Positions 9,326 through 18,616 of a stretch of 41,249 nucleotides of DNA are shown piece by piece. Below the pieces are notes generated by a model. That model ran no database searches. It was given only the letters and a program-made list of their open reading frames with translations, and was not told where the DNA came from. The DNA is from an uncultured Clostridia bacterium (GTDB lineage: Bacteria > Bacillota > Clostridia > TANB77 > CAG-465). Made by a program: the position numbers and the translations under genes. Location: contig CALXJG010000006.1 in the NCBI GenBank assembly GCA_944388565.1, forward strand, positions 1 through 41,249, read 5' to 3'. Numbering within the stretch: the first letter of the stretch is position 1; each line of letters begins with the position of its first letter.

Positions 9326-10420
9326 TTAAAAGCTAAATAATATTTCATCCTCTACATTTACTTTTTGTAATATCTTATCTATATCTTCTTTTATTTTTTC
9401 TTCTTCTTTTTTATCAACATTTATCTTTTCTTTTAAAATTTTTATTTTAGAATCTAGTTCCTCTTTAACCTTTGCTTTTTTACCAAAGCTTATTATACTT
9501 TTATTTCTATCTTTTTCAAGTTCTAACTTTTTTAAAGTATTTTCAAAAATTTGTATTTCACTTTTATATCTTTTAACCTTTGATTTTAATGCTCCTATTA
9601 TACTATATAACAAAGCGACATCAATATTTTTAGATGTTGGATATGCACCTTTTTTTAACTTTGATACATAAGATACAGGTAAACTATTTATAGTGTCATC
9701 TATATTTTTATTTACTACTTCTGTAGTTATAGAATTTCCTTCTCCCATAGAAGTAATTGGTAGTATTCCAAAATTCCAATTATTTTCTATCTGTCTTTTT
9801 GCACATTCATATACTATATTAAAAGTAGTAAGTGCTTTATTTGCAAGCAAAGTATAATTATTTGCTTTATCTTCTGGATTTATTGCACTGCTATCAGATT
9901 TTGAAAGTAATAATAAAAGAGACATACCTCTATTTGAAAGTTCATCTTCAAATATGTTAAATAATGGGTTAATTTTATCTGCTCCTGTTGCTATTTTTCT
10001 TTTATTTTCATCGTATTTACTAAGCATTACAGAGTCTACCATAACTAAAATAGCATCACTATTTCTAATATATTCTTTGGTTATTTCTACTTCTTCTTTA
10101 TTTTTGTTTTGTTTAAACATATCATCTAGTATTCCGCCTCTATAATCTATAAAGTCAAAATTACATACTATATCTGTATCTACTTTTAATTTTAGTTTAT
10201 ATATTGTTGTTCTATCCGTTCCAATTTCATTATTTACTGAATAATTTGAAAGTTCTCCTACAGAAAAGAATTCATTTTGTTCTTCTTTTCTTGGAAGTAT
10301 TGTTATTCCATTTGTAGAAGATATTATAAATTTTTGATTTAAACTAGAAATAAATGAACTCTTACCTGTTCCAGATATTCCTACCATCGCTATTTTTATA
10401 ATTTCATCTTTAATACTCAT
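9326..10420 (-). CDS. TRAFAC-class P-loop GTPase with C-terminal coiled coil
   Basis: G1 GISGTGKS, G2 GTDRT, G3 DYRGG, G4 SKSD. Confidence 0.8.
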   Translation of the reverse strand: MSIKDEIIKIAMVGISGTGKSSFISSLNQKFIISSTNGITILPRKEEQNEFFSVGELSNYSVNNEIGTDRTTIYKLKLKVDTDIVCNFDFIDYRGGILDDMFKQNKNKEEVEITKEYIRNSDAILVMVDSVMLSKYDENKRKIATGADKINPLFNIFEDELSNRGMSLLLLLSKSDSSAINPEDKANNYTLLANKALTTFNIVYECAKRQIENNWNFGILPITSMGEGNSITTEVVNKNIDDTINSLPVSYVSKLKKGAYPTSKNIDVALLYSIIGALKSKVKRYKSEIQIFENTLKKLELEKDRNKSIISFGKKAKVKEELDSKIKILKEKINVDKKEEEKIKEDIDKILQKVNVEDEILFSF

Positions 10421-10435
10421 ATAATTTTCTCCTTT

Positions 10436-11395
10436 TTACTTGTATTTCTTTTCTAACTTCATTAGTTCCATTTCTGCTACTAATACACCATTTTTTATAG
10501 CCATATTAAAATAATCTTTCGCCTTTTTTATATCTAGTCTCCCATATTTTTCATTTGAATATATCTTACCTAATTCAAGCATTGAATATGGATGTGATTT
10601 ATCTACACATTTTTCATATAAATTTATTGCTTTTTCTATATTATAATAGTCTTTATTATTTAAATATATTGTTGCAAGCTCGTACATTGAATTGATGTTT
10701 TCATTTTTTACATCATCTTCTAATAGTCTTACAACTTCTGTTGTTATTCCGTACTTTCCTTTTAGTGTATCTACATATTCATATAACGCACCATTAATAT
10801 TAGCATCTACAGCTTCCTTTAATAGTTTTTCAACATCTACTGTATCTTCTATCATTCCTCTTTTTAGTGCAACTGCATATTTAAAACATGCTTCTTTATT
10901 TGTGTCAATCACACCTTTTAATATACTGCAAGCATATTGTACATTGTACTTTGAACCTTGAGCTTTTTCACATAAGTCGTAATAGAATATAACATCTTTT
11001 ATATAACCTGCTTTTACTGGTCTATTAAAATATTTACATGCCTTTATGTAGTCTTGTTTTTTAAACTTTTCATTAAAATAGATATATCCTAATGCAATAT
11101 CTGACATTATAGTATTACCATCTTCTAGTAAATATTTCTCTGCCAAATCAATATCTTGTTTTACACCTATGCCAGTTAAATACATTATTCCAAGTCGCAT
11201 TTTATAGTTATATAAATAATTGAAACTAAAATCACATATACTTTTTAATCTTTCAATTTTTTCTTTTTCATCTGCTTTTTCATATAACAATTTATATATG
11301 ATTTCATCACATTCTAAAATATTATTTATATCTTTTTTTAGATTACTTATTTTTAAATCTACATTTTCAATTTCTTTTATAATATCTTTATTCAT
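10436..11395 (-). CDS. Sel1-like repeat (SLR/TPR) protein
   Basis: LGIMYLTGIGVKQDIDLAEKY, LGKIY...DIKKAKDYFNMAIKNG and related repeats; no signal peptide evident. Confidence 0.85.
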   Translation of the reverse strand: MNKDIIKEIENVDLKISNLKKDINNILECDEIIYKLLYEKADEKEKIERLKSICDFSFNYLYNYKMRLGIMYLTGIGVKQDIDLAEKYLLEDGNTIMSDIALGYIYFNEKFKKQDYIKACKYFNRPVKAGYIKDVIFYYDLCEKAQGSKYNVQYACSILKGVIDTNKEACFKYAVALKRGMIEDTVDVEKLLKEAVDANINGALYEYVDTLKGKYGITTEVVRLLEDDVKNENINSMYELATIYLNNKDYYNIEKAINLYEKCVDKSHPYSMLELGKIYSNEKYGRLDIKKAKDYFNMAIKNGVLVAEMELMKLEKKYK

Positions 11396-11426
11396 AATTC
11401 ACCTATACTTAGATACTCTCTTTTAT

Positions 11427-11455
11427 ATTATACTATAATTAATTATTTATTTCAA
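11427..11455 (-). promoter_or_regulatory. Sigma-A-type promoter for the nine-gene operon
   Basis: TTGAAA (11455-11450), 17 nt spacer, TATAAT (11432-11427). AT-richness lowers specificity. Confidence 0.55.
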
Positions 11456-11522
11456 TAAAATATGTAAACTTTTGCTTGATAAATATTGCTTTTTAGTAAT
11501 ATTATCAAAAAATTTTTTCAAT

Positions 11523-11556
11523 AAAAAAAAGGAAATGTATAGATCACATTTCCTTT
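11523..11556 (-). terminator. Terminator after tRNA-Ser(GCT)
   Basis: Stem AAAGGAAATGT / ACATTTCCTTT with a T-run on the minus strand. Confidence 0.75.
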
Positions 11557-11571
11557 CGATAAATATATTTA

Positions 11572-11661
11572 TGGCGGAGAAGGAGGGGTTCGAACCCTCG
11601 CGCCTCTAATGAAACCTAACAGTTTAGCAAACTGTCCCCTTCACCACTTGGGTACTTCTCC
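11572..11661 (-). tRNA. tRNA-Ser(GCT)
   Basis: GGAGAAG...CTTCTCC-GCCA acceptor, ACAGT-TTGCTAA-ACTGT anticodon arm, long variable arm, GTTCGAA T-loop. Confidence 0.97.
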
Positions 11662-11903
11662 ATATGTTACTTTTACATTATAGCATAAAGAAATTATATG
11701 TCAATATAATTTGATGTATTTTTCGAAAATTTATGATTAAAATTGCTTTATTTTTCGTTTATATTTCTATATATAACTCATATTTTTAATATTACCTAAT
11801 AAAAGAATTGAAATTAATATTTAATCTTTTAAAAAAATTTTTTAATTTTTTTGTGTTTTATGGTTTCATATATATAAATTAGTGATATAATTAATATATG
11901 TGA

Positions 11904-14525
11904 TTGGAGATGATATTTTTGACAAATGATAAAGATGAAGTAGATGTTAAAGAACTTTATGAAAAACAGTGTATTTTGGAAAAAGATGAGTTTTTAAAAT
12001 CGTATAATATTAATATAAATGGTCTTTCTAAAGAAAATGTTATAAAAAATCAAAAACAATATGGCAAAAATCAAATAAAACAAGCAAAAGAAAAGAAATG
12101 GTATAATTATTTGTTTGAAAGTCTTTTTACACCATTTAACTCTATTTTACTTGGTATAGTTTGCATACTATGTTATACAGATATATATTTACAAACTCCT
12201 CCTAGTTATGCAAATATAATCGTTATTTTAATTCTTATTACTGCTAGTACGCTTTTAGAATTTTTTGAAGAATATCGTTCTAATAAAGCAGCTCAAAAAT
12301 TAAAAGAAATAGTTGCTACTAGTACAACTGTAATACGTAGTGGAAAAGAAATAAAAGTCCCTATAGCAGATATTACTATAAACGATATAGTTGTTCTATC
12401 TGCTGGAAGCTTAATACCAGCTGACCTTAGAATAATAGAATCAAAAGATTTATATGTAAGCCAATCTTCTTTAACTGGTGAATCAGAAAGTATAAAAAAA
12501 GAAGTAAATTCAAGTTTAAAAGCAGAAGATATAGATAGTATTTCAGATTTAGACACAATATGTTTTATGGGAACAAATGTAATATCTGGCAGTGCAAAAG
12601 GTGTTGTAATAAAAACAGGCGATGATACTTACTTTGGTAAAATAGCACATACTCTTACTTTAGGAAAACCAAAAACAGCATTTCAAAAAGGAATAGAAAA
12701 TGTAAGTAAGCTTCTTATTAAATTAATGTTAATTATAATTCCTATTGTATTTTTACTTAACATTTTTAAACATGATATTGTTACAGCTTTTACATTCTCT
12801 GTAGCAATAGCAATCTGTATAACTCCTCTTTTACTTCCTGTTATTCTATCTTCTAGTCTATCTAAAGGTGCAGTTAGAATGTCCAAAAAAAAGACAATAG
12901 TAAAAAAATTAGATGCAATTGAAAATTTTGGTGCGATGAACATACTTTGTACTGATAAAACTGGAACGCTTACAGAGGATAAAATTGTATTGGAGAAATA
13001 TTTAAATATTAACGGTGAACAGGATATACGTGTATTAAAACACGTTTTCTTAAATTCCTTTTTTCAAACAGGTCTAAAAAGTAATATTGACGAAGCAGTT
13101 ATAAAAAGAGGACTATTAAATGAAATGGATAAATTTAAGTCAATATATAAAAAAATAGATGAGATTCCTTTTGATTTTTCACGTAGAAGACTTTCAGTAA
13201 TTGTAAGTGATGGAAATAAAAAGCAATTAATTACTAAAGGTGCTGTAGAAGAAATACTTAATATTTGTACTATGGTAGATTATAAAGGAAAAGTTAGCAA
13301 TATTACAAAAGAAATAAAAGAAAATATTTTAAAAATAAGTAAAGACTTAAATAAAAATGGGCTAAGAGTTGTGGCTGTATGCCAAAAAAATGATATAAAT
13401 GATAAAAATACCTTTACTATAGAAGATGAAAGTAATATGATATTACTAGGGTTTATTGGATTTTTAGATCCACCAAAAGAAACTGCAAAAGAATCTATAG
13501 AAAAATTAAATCGTTCTGGTATAAGAGTCATTGTTCTTACAGGTGATAATGCTGAAGTTACAAAATGTATTTGTGATAAAGTGGGCATAGTATCTAAAAA
13601 AATAATTCTAGGTAATGAACTTGATAAATTATCAGATTTTGCCGCATTAAGAGTTATAAAGAAAAATAATATATTTGCAAAACTTTCTCCTATTCAAAAA
13701 GCTAGAATTATACGTCTTTTAAAATTAAATGGTAATACAGTAGGATATATGGGAGATGGTATCAATGATAGCCCATCACTTACTAATTCTGATGTTGGTA
13801 TTTCAGTAGATACAGCTGTTGATGTTGCTAAAGATTCCGCAGATATTATATTACTTCAAAAAGATTTAAATGTTTTACTTGATGGTGTAACAGAAGGAAG
13901 AAGAACTTTTACAAACTTAATGAAATATATAAAACTTGCAACAAGTTTTAATTTTGGAGAAGTAATTTCTATAATTATAGCTAGTATTTTCTTACCTTTT
14001 TTACCAGAAACTCCAATACAACTATTGTTTGAAGGTCTTTTATATGATTTTGGACAAATGACATTACCATTTGATAATGTTGATAGCGAAACTTTAAAGA
14101 AGCCTAAGAAACTTTCAATAAAAAAATTAAAACAATTCATATTCTTTATGGGTCCTTTTAGTGCAGTTTTTGATTTAATAGTATATTCTACATTATGGTT
14201 TATATTTAAAGTAAGAGACGTTGCAACATTCCAAACTATTAGTTTTACTTATAGCATAGTTTCTAATTTAATAGGTCTACATATTATAAGAACTGCAAAA
14301 TTACCATTTATACAAAGTAATGCTAGTAAACCTGTATATTTTTCTTCAATTATATTAATATTAGCTGGCATTATAGTACCTTTCACTTTCCTTGGAAAAA
14401 TGATTGGATTAATTCCTCTTACTTTTGAATATATAGCTCTAATTTTATTTGTTACTATATTATACTGTATTATAGCTTTATTCGTTAAAAAGATATATAT
14501 AAAAAAATATGGTGAATGGATTTAA
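11904..14525 (+). CDS. mgtA: Magnesium-translocating P-type ATPase
   Basis: TGES, DKTGT, EIPFDFSRRR, KGAVEE, TGD and GDGIND motifs; SNFG-like SFNFG segment. Confidence 0.92.
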   Translation: MEMIFLTNDKDEVDVKELYEKQCILEKDEFLKSYNININGLSKENVIKNQKQYGKNQIKQAKEKKWYNYLFESLFTPFNSILLGIVCILCYTDIYLQTPPSYANIIVILILITASTLLEFFEEYRSNKAAQKLKEIVATSTTVIRSGKEIKVPIADITINDIVVLSAGSLIPADLRIIESKDLYVSQSSLTGESESIKKEVNSSLKAEDIDSISDLDTICFMGTNVISGSAKGVVIKTGDDTYFGKIAHTLTLGKPKTAFQKGIENVSKLLIKLMLIIIPIVFLLNIFKHDIVTAFTFSVAIAICITPLLLPVILSSSLSKGAVRMSKKKTIVKKLDAIENFGAMNILCTDKTGTLTEDKIVLEKYLNINGEQDIRVLKHVFLNSFFQTGLKSNIDEAVIKRGLLNEMDKFKSIYKKIDEIPFDFSRRRLSVIVSDGNKKQLITKGAVEEILNICTMVDYKGKVSNITKEIKENILKISKDLNKNGLRVVAVCQKNDINDKNTFTIEDESNMILLGFIGFLDPPKETAKESIEKLNRSGIRVIVLTGDNAEVTKCICDKVGIVSKKIILGNELDKLSDFAALRVIKKNNIFAKLSPIQKARIIRLLKLNGNTVGYMGDGINDSPSLTNSDVGISVDTAVDVAKDSADIILLQKDLNVLLDGVTEGRRTFTNLMKYIKLATSFNFGEVISIIIASIFLPFLPETPIQLLFEGLLYDFGQMTLPFDNVDSETLKKPKKLSIKKLKQFIFFMGPFSAVFDLIVYSTLWFIFKVRDVATFQTISFTYSIVSNLIGLHIIRTAKLPFIQSNASKPVYFSSIILILAGIIVPFTFLGKMIGLIPLTFEYIALILFVTILYCIIALFVKKIYIKKYGEWI

Positions 14526-14541
14526 ATTCACCATATTTTTT
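14502..14541. terminator. Bidirectional terminator at the end of mgtA
   Basis: AAAAAATATGGTGAAT...ATTCACCATATTTTTT inverted repeat between convergent genes. Confidence 0.75.
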
Positions 14542-14601
14542 ATATCTTTCTTTATATTTCTTCTATGTTTTTTTAAATTATATAATGTTTATAATTGTCT
14601 T

Positions 14602-14997
14602 TTAACTCTGCAAAATATTTTTAAATAAATCAAACAATTTAATAACTATGTAAACATATATTCCCATTAATCCTATCCCACCTAAAATACCTGTTACTAA
14701 TCTTCGTATGTTATTAGAACTTAATATATTAAAAAATTGTAAAGACCAATCTATTAATGTAGTGAGTATAAGTAAAAATAATAAATACATATTTAACTTA
14801 CAATTGAATATTAATAAAAAAATGCATAAAATATACCCTAAAATTATACCTAAGCATCTCGCACAAATAGGTAACTGGTATCCCTTAAAAAAGAAGCTTC
14901 TCTCTGGTAACTGATGACATCCCCAGTACTTATCAAACCAAATCATAGATTTTATCCATAATTTATCTTTATTTACATTTTGAATTTGTTTCCACAT
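14602..14997 (-). CDS. DUF2085-type membrane protein
   Basis: CHQLPERSF...PICARCLG, ID...Q, SNNIRRLVTG motifs. Confidence 0.85.
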   Translation of the reverse strand: MWKQIQNVNKDKLWIKSMIWFDKYWGCHQLPERSFFFKGYQLPICARCLGIILGYILCIFLLIFNCKLNMYLLFLLILTTLIDWSLQFFNILSSNNIRRLVTGILGGIGLMGIYVYIVIKLFDLFKNILQS

Positions 14998-15149
14998 TTT
15001 TTACACACCCAATAATGTGTTGTCCTAGTTTTCCCAGTTCCACAAAGTCCTAATAAACCACAAAAACATAATTTCCAAAAACTAGCTCCTTTTCCTTTTA
15101 CATCACTTATAACTTCTAAATCTTCACTTCCACATTTCTGACACTTCAT
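14973..15149 (-). CDS. 58-aa Cys-rich zinc-ribbon protein with a central hydrophobic segment (MKCQKCGS...WVCKKCGNKFKM)
   Basis: Translated by hand; AAGGAG RBS; CxxC at both ends; not in the ORF track. Confidence 0.8.
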   Translation of the reverse strand: MKCQKCGSEDLEVISDVKGKGASFWKLCFCGLLGLCGTGKTRTTHYWVCKKCGNKFKM

Positions 15150-15423
15150 ACAAAACTCTCCTTTACATTATAATTGTATTATAGCTTATATTGTCAAAAA
15201 GTAGTGTCGAAATATGTCGATGGTATTTAAAATAATTTTACCATAATGCTTCAGCAAAATCAGCTTCTTTTTTTCTATATTTATTTCATTTTTTGGTCTA
15301 TTTTTTCATGCTTATCTTTTATAGTTTGTATAACCTTATTTTTTACTTATTGTCTTATCTTGCATAATCATTTTAAATATTATAGAGTTTCTAATATCCG
15401 TGTTAATCTCTATAATTACAATT

Positions 15424-15460
15424 AAAAAAAGAAAATATTAAAAATTTAATACTTTCTTTC
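15424..15460 (-). terminator. Terminator after tRNA-Ser(TGA)
   Basis: AAAGAAAATATTA / TAATACTTTCTTT stem plus T-run. Confidence 0.6.
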
Positions 15461-15475
15461 AAAAAATATATTTAT

Positions 15476-15564
15476 TGGCGGAAGAGGTAGGATTCGAACC
15501 CACGGTGCCTTGCGACATCATCAGTTTTCAAGACTGACTCCTTAAACCACTCGGACACTCTTCC
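15476..15564 (-). tRNA. tRNA-Ser(TGA)
   Basis: GGAAGAG...CTCTTCC-GCCA acceptor, TCAGT-CTTGAAA-ACTGA anticodon arm, long variable arm. Confidence 0.97.
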
Positions 15565-15634
15565 GTACTAGGTACAATAATTATTATACCAGTTTTTTTT
15601 CATTTGTCAATACTTTTTAGTAAATTTAATAATA

Positions 15635-16084
15635 TTAAGTATCTAAAATATATTTCTTTATTAACAAATTTTTAATTTCTGATGGCAATAAATTATATTG
15701 TTCTAATTCATTACACTTTATATAAACAATTTCATAGTCTCCATACTTTTCTACATCTGGATTTGTCCATTCAGGCCCATTACCTGGTTTAATTACTCCT
15801 GATTTTAATGAACATATATAAAATATTTCTTGTCTTTTTATATCCGAATTGAATATATTGGCAATCTCTTTAGTTATGTCAATTTCAACACTTAATTCTT
15901 CATATACTTCACGTATTACTGTATCCTCACTTGACTCACCATTTTCTATATGACCACCAGGAAATGTATAATAAACCTTGTCTATATTTCCATTCTTATA
16001 TTTTGTTCTTTTTATAGAAACTATATATTTTTCAGCATCCTTTTCTACTTCAATTATAGCTCTAGCAGTTTTTTCACAGTTCAT
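15635..16084 (-). CDS. NUDIX hydrolase
   Basis: FPGGHIENGESSEDTVIREVYEEL Nudix box. Confidence 0.9.
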   Translation of the reverse strand: MNCEKTARAIIEVEKDAEKYIVSIKRTKYKNGNIDKVYYTFPGGHIENGESSEDTVIREVYEELSVEIDITKEIANIFNSDIKRQEIFYICSLKSGVIKPGNGPEWTNPDVEKYGDYEIVYIKCNELEQYNLLPSEIKNLLIKKYILDT

Positions 16085-16091
16085 GATTCAC

Positions 16092-16985
16092 CTACATTTT
16101 TATATTTAATTTAGAAAGTAAACTTTCTAATCCTTCTTCATCATTATATTCGATTACAAGTTTTTGATGTTTTTTGTTAGAGTCAATCTTTACTTTATAA
16201 CCAAAATAATCTTTTAGTTTTTCCTCTAATTTTTGATAATATACAGTTTTAGGCTGTTTTTTATTTTGCTTTCTTTCATATTCTTCTGCACCATATATTA
16301 GCTTTTCTACTTCTCTTACAGTAAGTCTTTTTTCTATAATTTTATCAGCAATTTCAATTTGTTTCTTCTCATCGTTTATTGCAAGTAAAGCTCTTGCTTG
16401 TCCTTCAACTAGTTTTCCTTGTAATATATAATCTAAAATCTTATCTGGAAGTTTTAATAATCTCATAATATTAGATACAGCTGGTACACTTTTACCTGTT
16501 ACTTTAGCAACTTCACTTTGTGAATAGCCATCTATTTCCATTAATTCTTTCAATGCTCTTGCAATTTCAATTATATTTAAGTCTTCTCTTTGTATATTTT
16601 CAATTAATGCTACTTGTTTTTTCTTAGTATCGGTATAATCTTTTATAATTGCTGGTATTTCTTTTAATCCAGCTTTTTTTGCAGCACGCCAACGTCTTTC
16701 CCCAGCTACAATAGTATAGCCATTTTCATCTTTTACAACTAATATTGGTTGTATTACTCCATTTTCTTTTATAGAATTGGTTAATTCTTCTAATTTTTCT
16801 TTATCAAAAATTTTTCTTGGTTGATTTAACATTGGTTCTATTTCAGTTATATTTAATTCAACAACTTTTTCAATTTCTTTATGAGCTTTCTTCTTTTGTG
16901 GCTTTGCTATTTCTTCAATTACTTCAGTATCTTCACCAAAGAAAACATTTAATCCTCTTCCAAGACCTTTCTTTTCTTTTTGCAT
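16092..16985 (-). CDS. parB: Chromosome partitioning protein ParB/Spo0J
   Basis: KGLGRGL N-peptide, QPRK, AGERRWRA, ENIQREDL, HTH. Confidence 0.97.
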   Translation of the reverse strand: MQKEKKGLGRGLNVFFGEDTEVIEEIAKPQKKKAHKEIEKVVELNITEIEPMLNQPRKIFDKEKLEELTNSIKENGVIQPILVVKDENGYTIVAGERRWRAAKKAGLKEIPAIIKDYTDTKKKQVALIENIQREDLNIIEIARALKELMEIDGYSQSEVAKVTGKSVPAVSNIMRLLKLPDKILDYILQGKLVEGQARALLAINDEKKQIEIADKIIEKRLTVREVEKLIYGAEEYERKQNKKQPKTVYYQKLEEKLKDYFGYKVKIDSNKKHQKLVIEYNDEEGLESLLSKLNIKM

Positions 16986-16988
16986 AAA

Positions 16989-17759
16989 TTACACACCCTT
17001 TTCATTTGATTTTAACAGCTCTTTAGCTAGCTTTTTATATGTTTCTGCTCCTTTAGAATCATTATCGTATAAAGTTATTGGTAAACCATGACTTGGAGCC
17101 TCACTTAAGCGAATATTTCTTGGTATAATAGTTTGAAAAACTTTATTGCCAAAATATTTTTCTACTTCATTTGCTACTTGTAATGATAAATTAGTTCTAG
17201 CATCATACATAGTCAAAACTACGCCTTCTACTTCTAAATCTTTATTTAAATGCTTTTGTACTAATTTTATAGTGTTTATAAGTTGTCCTAATCCTTCTAA
17301 TGCATAATACTCACATTGTATTGGTACTAACACACTGTTTGAAGCCGTGAATGCATTAAGTGTTATTAATCCTAAAGATGGTGGACAATCTATAAAAATA
17401 TAGTCATAATCATCTTTTATTGTGTCAATAGCACTCTTTAATCTAGTTTCTCTTGAAACCATTGAAACAAGTTCAACTTCAGCACCTGCTAAGTCTATAT
17501 TTGCTGGACAAACATCTAATTTTTTTACCATTGTTGGTTGTATAGTTTCCTTCATATCTATTTCATCAATTATAACATTATAAATAGATTTGTTATCATG
17601 TGCTTCAATTCCAAGACCGCTTGTTGCATTTCCCTGAGGATCTATATCTACTAATAATACTCTTTTTCCTTTTTGTGCTATACAAGTACTTAAATTAACT
17701 GCTGTAGTGGTCTTTCCTACACCACCTTTTTGATTAGCAATTGATATTACCTTTGCCAT
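16989..17759 (-). CDS. parA: Chromosome partitioning ATPase ParA/Soj
   Basis: NQKGGVGKTT, DPQGN, EAPSHG. Start moved to MAKVIS after the GAGGTG RBS. Confidence 0.97.
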   Translation of the reverse strand: MAKVISIANQKGGVGKTTTAVNLSTCIAQKGKRVLLVDIDPQGNATSGLGIEAHDNKSIYNVIIDEIDMKETIQPTMVKKLDVCPANIDLAGAEVELVSMVSRETRLKSAIDTIKDDYDYIFIDCPPSLGLITLNAFTASNSVLVPIQCEYYALEGLGQLINTIKLVQKHLNKDLEVEGVVLTMYDARTNLSLQVANEVEKYFGNKVFQTIIPRNIRLSEAPSHGLPITLYDNDSKGAETYKKLAKELLKSNEKGV

Positions 17760-17857
17760 AATGTCACCTCGCCTTCTATTATATAATATTTTCATACAAA
17801 AAAAAAGAGAAAAATACAAATTTAGCATTTTTCTTCTTCTTTTTATATATTTTTATG

Positions 17858-18604
17858 TCATTTAAGCGGATTCTTTTTTATCTGGCCATTATTTCTAGGA
17901 TAATTTTTAGGTGTGTTACTGTTTTTTAAAATTTCTAGTATGTATCTATTATATTTTTCGTTATTTACTACATAAGTATATTTATATAAATTACTAACAC
18001 TACATTTTAAAATATCAAAAGCTTTTTTTGCCTCGTCTATCTCAATATTAACACTATCTCCTTTTAAAAATAAACACTTTCCGCCTACTTTTATATATCC
18101 ACTATCATATTCAAGTAAAGTAGATAGATTTGATACAGCCCTTGATACAACTATATCATACTGCTGTCTATACTCTTCTTTATTTGCTAATTCTTCTGCT
18201 CTGCCATGCACTATTTCAATATTTTTTAAATTTAATTCCTTTATAACTTCTTTTAAAAATATTAATCTTTTATTTAAAGCATCAAGTAATGTAATTTTTA
18301 CTTTATTATTAAAATATATTGATATTACTATACCCGGAAACCCTGCTCCAGTTCCTACATCTATTATATTACTACCATCTGGAATATATTTTACTATTTC
18401 TAAACAATCTATATAATGTTTCATTATAACTTCATAATCTTCAGTAATACTAGTTAAATTCATCTTTTGATTCCATTCGATTAGTAAATCTTTATATTTT
18501 TCAAACTTTTGCAGCATTTCATCAGTTAAGTCTATTCCTACTTTATCAGCTTCTTGTTTTAATACCATTTTAAAGCCATATTTTTCAATATAATCATTTT
18601 TCAT
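17858..18604 (-). CDS. rsmG: 16S rRNA m7G527 methyltransferase
   Basis: WNQKMNLT, DVGTGAGFPG, RAE, SRAV; synteny. Confidence 0.96.
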   Translation of the reverse strand: MKNDYIEKYGFKMVLKQEADKVGIDLTDEMLQKFEKYKDLLIEWNQKMNLTSITEDYEVIMKHYIDCLEIVKYIPDGSNIIDVGTGAGFPGIVISIYFNNKVKITLLDALNKRLIFLKEVIKELNLKNIEIVHGRAEELANKEEYRQQYDIVVSRAVSNLSTLLEYDSGYIKVGGKCLFLKGDSVNIEIDEAKKAFDILKCSVSNLYKYTYVVNNEKYNRYILEILKNSNTPKNYPRNNGQIKKNPLK

Positions 18605-18616
18605 ATGAAAACTCCT

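Noticed and set aside
11705-11903. Possible M-box/Mg-sensing leader upstream of mgtA
   Set aside because: The region is almost purely A/T with no recognisable riboswitch structure.
15225-15420. Purine-rich, coding-like stretch on the minus strand after tRNA-Ser(TGA)
   Set aside because: Interrupted by stops, with no RBS or motif; at most an unidentifiable remnant.
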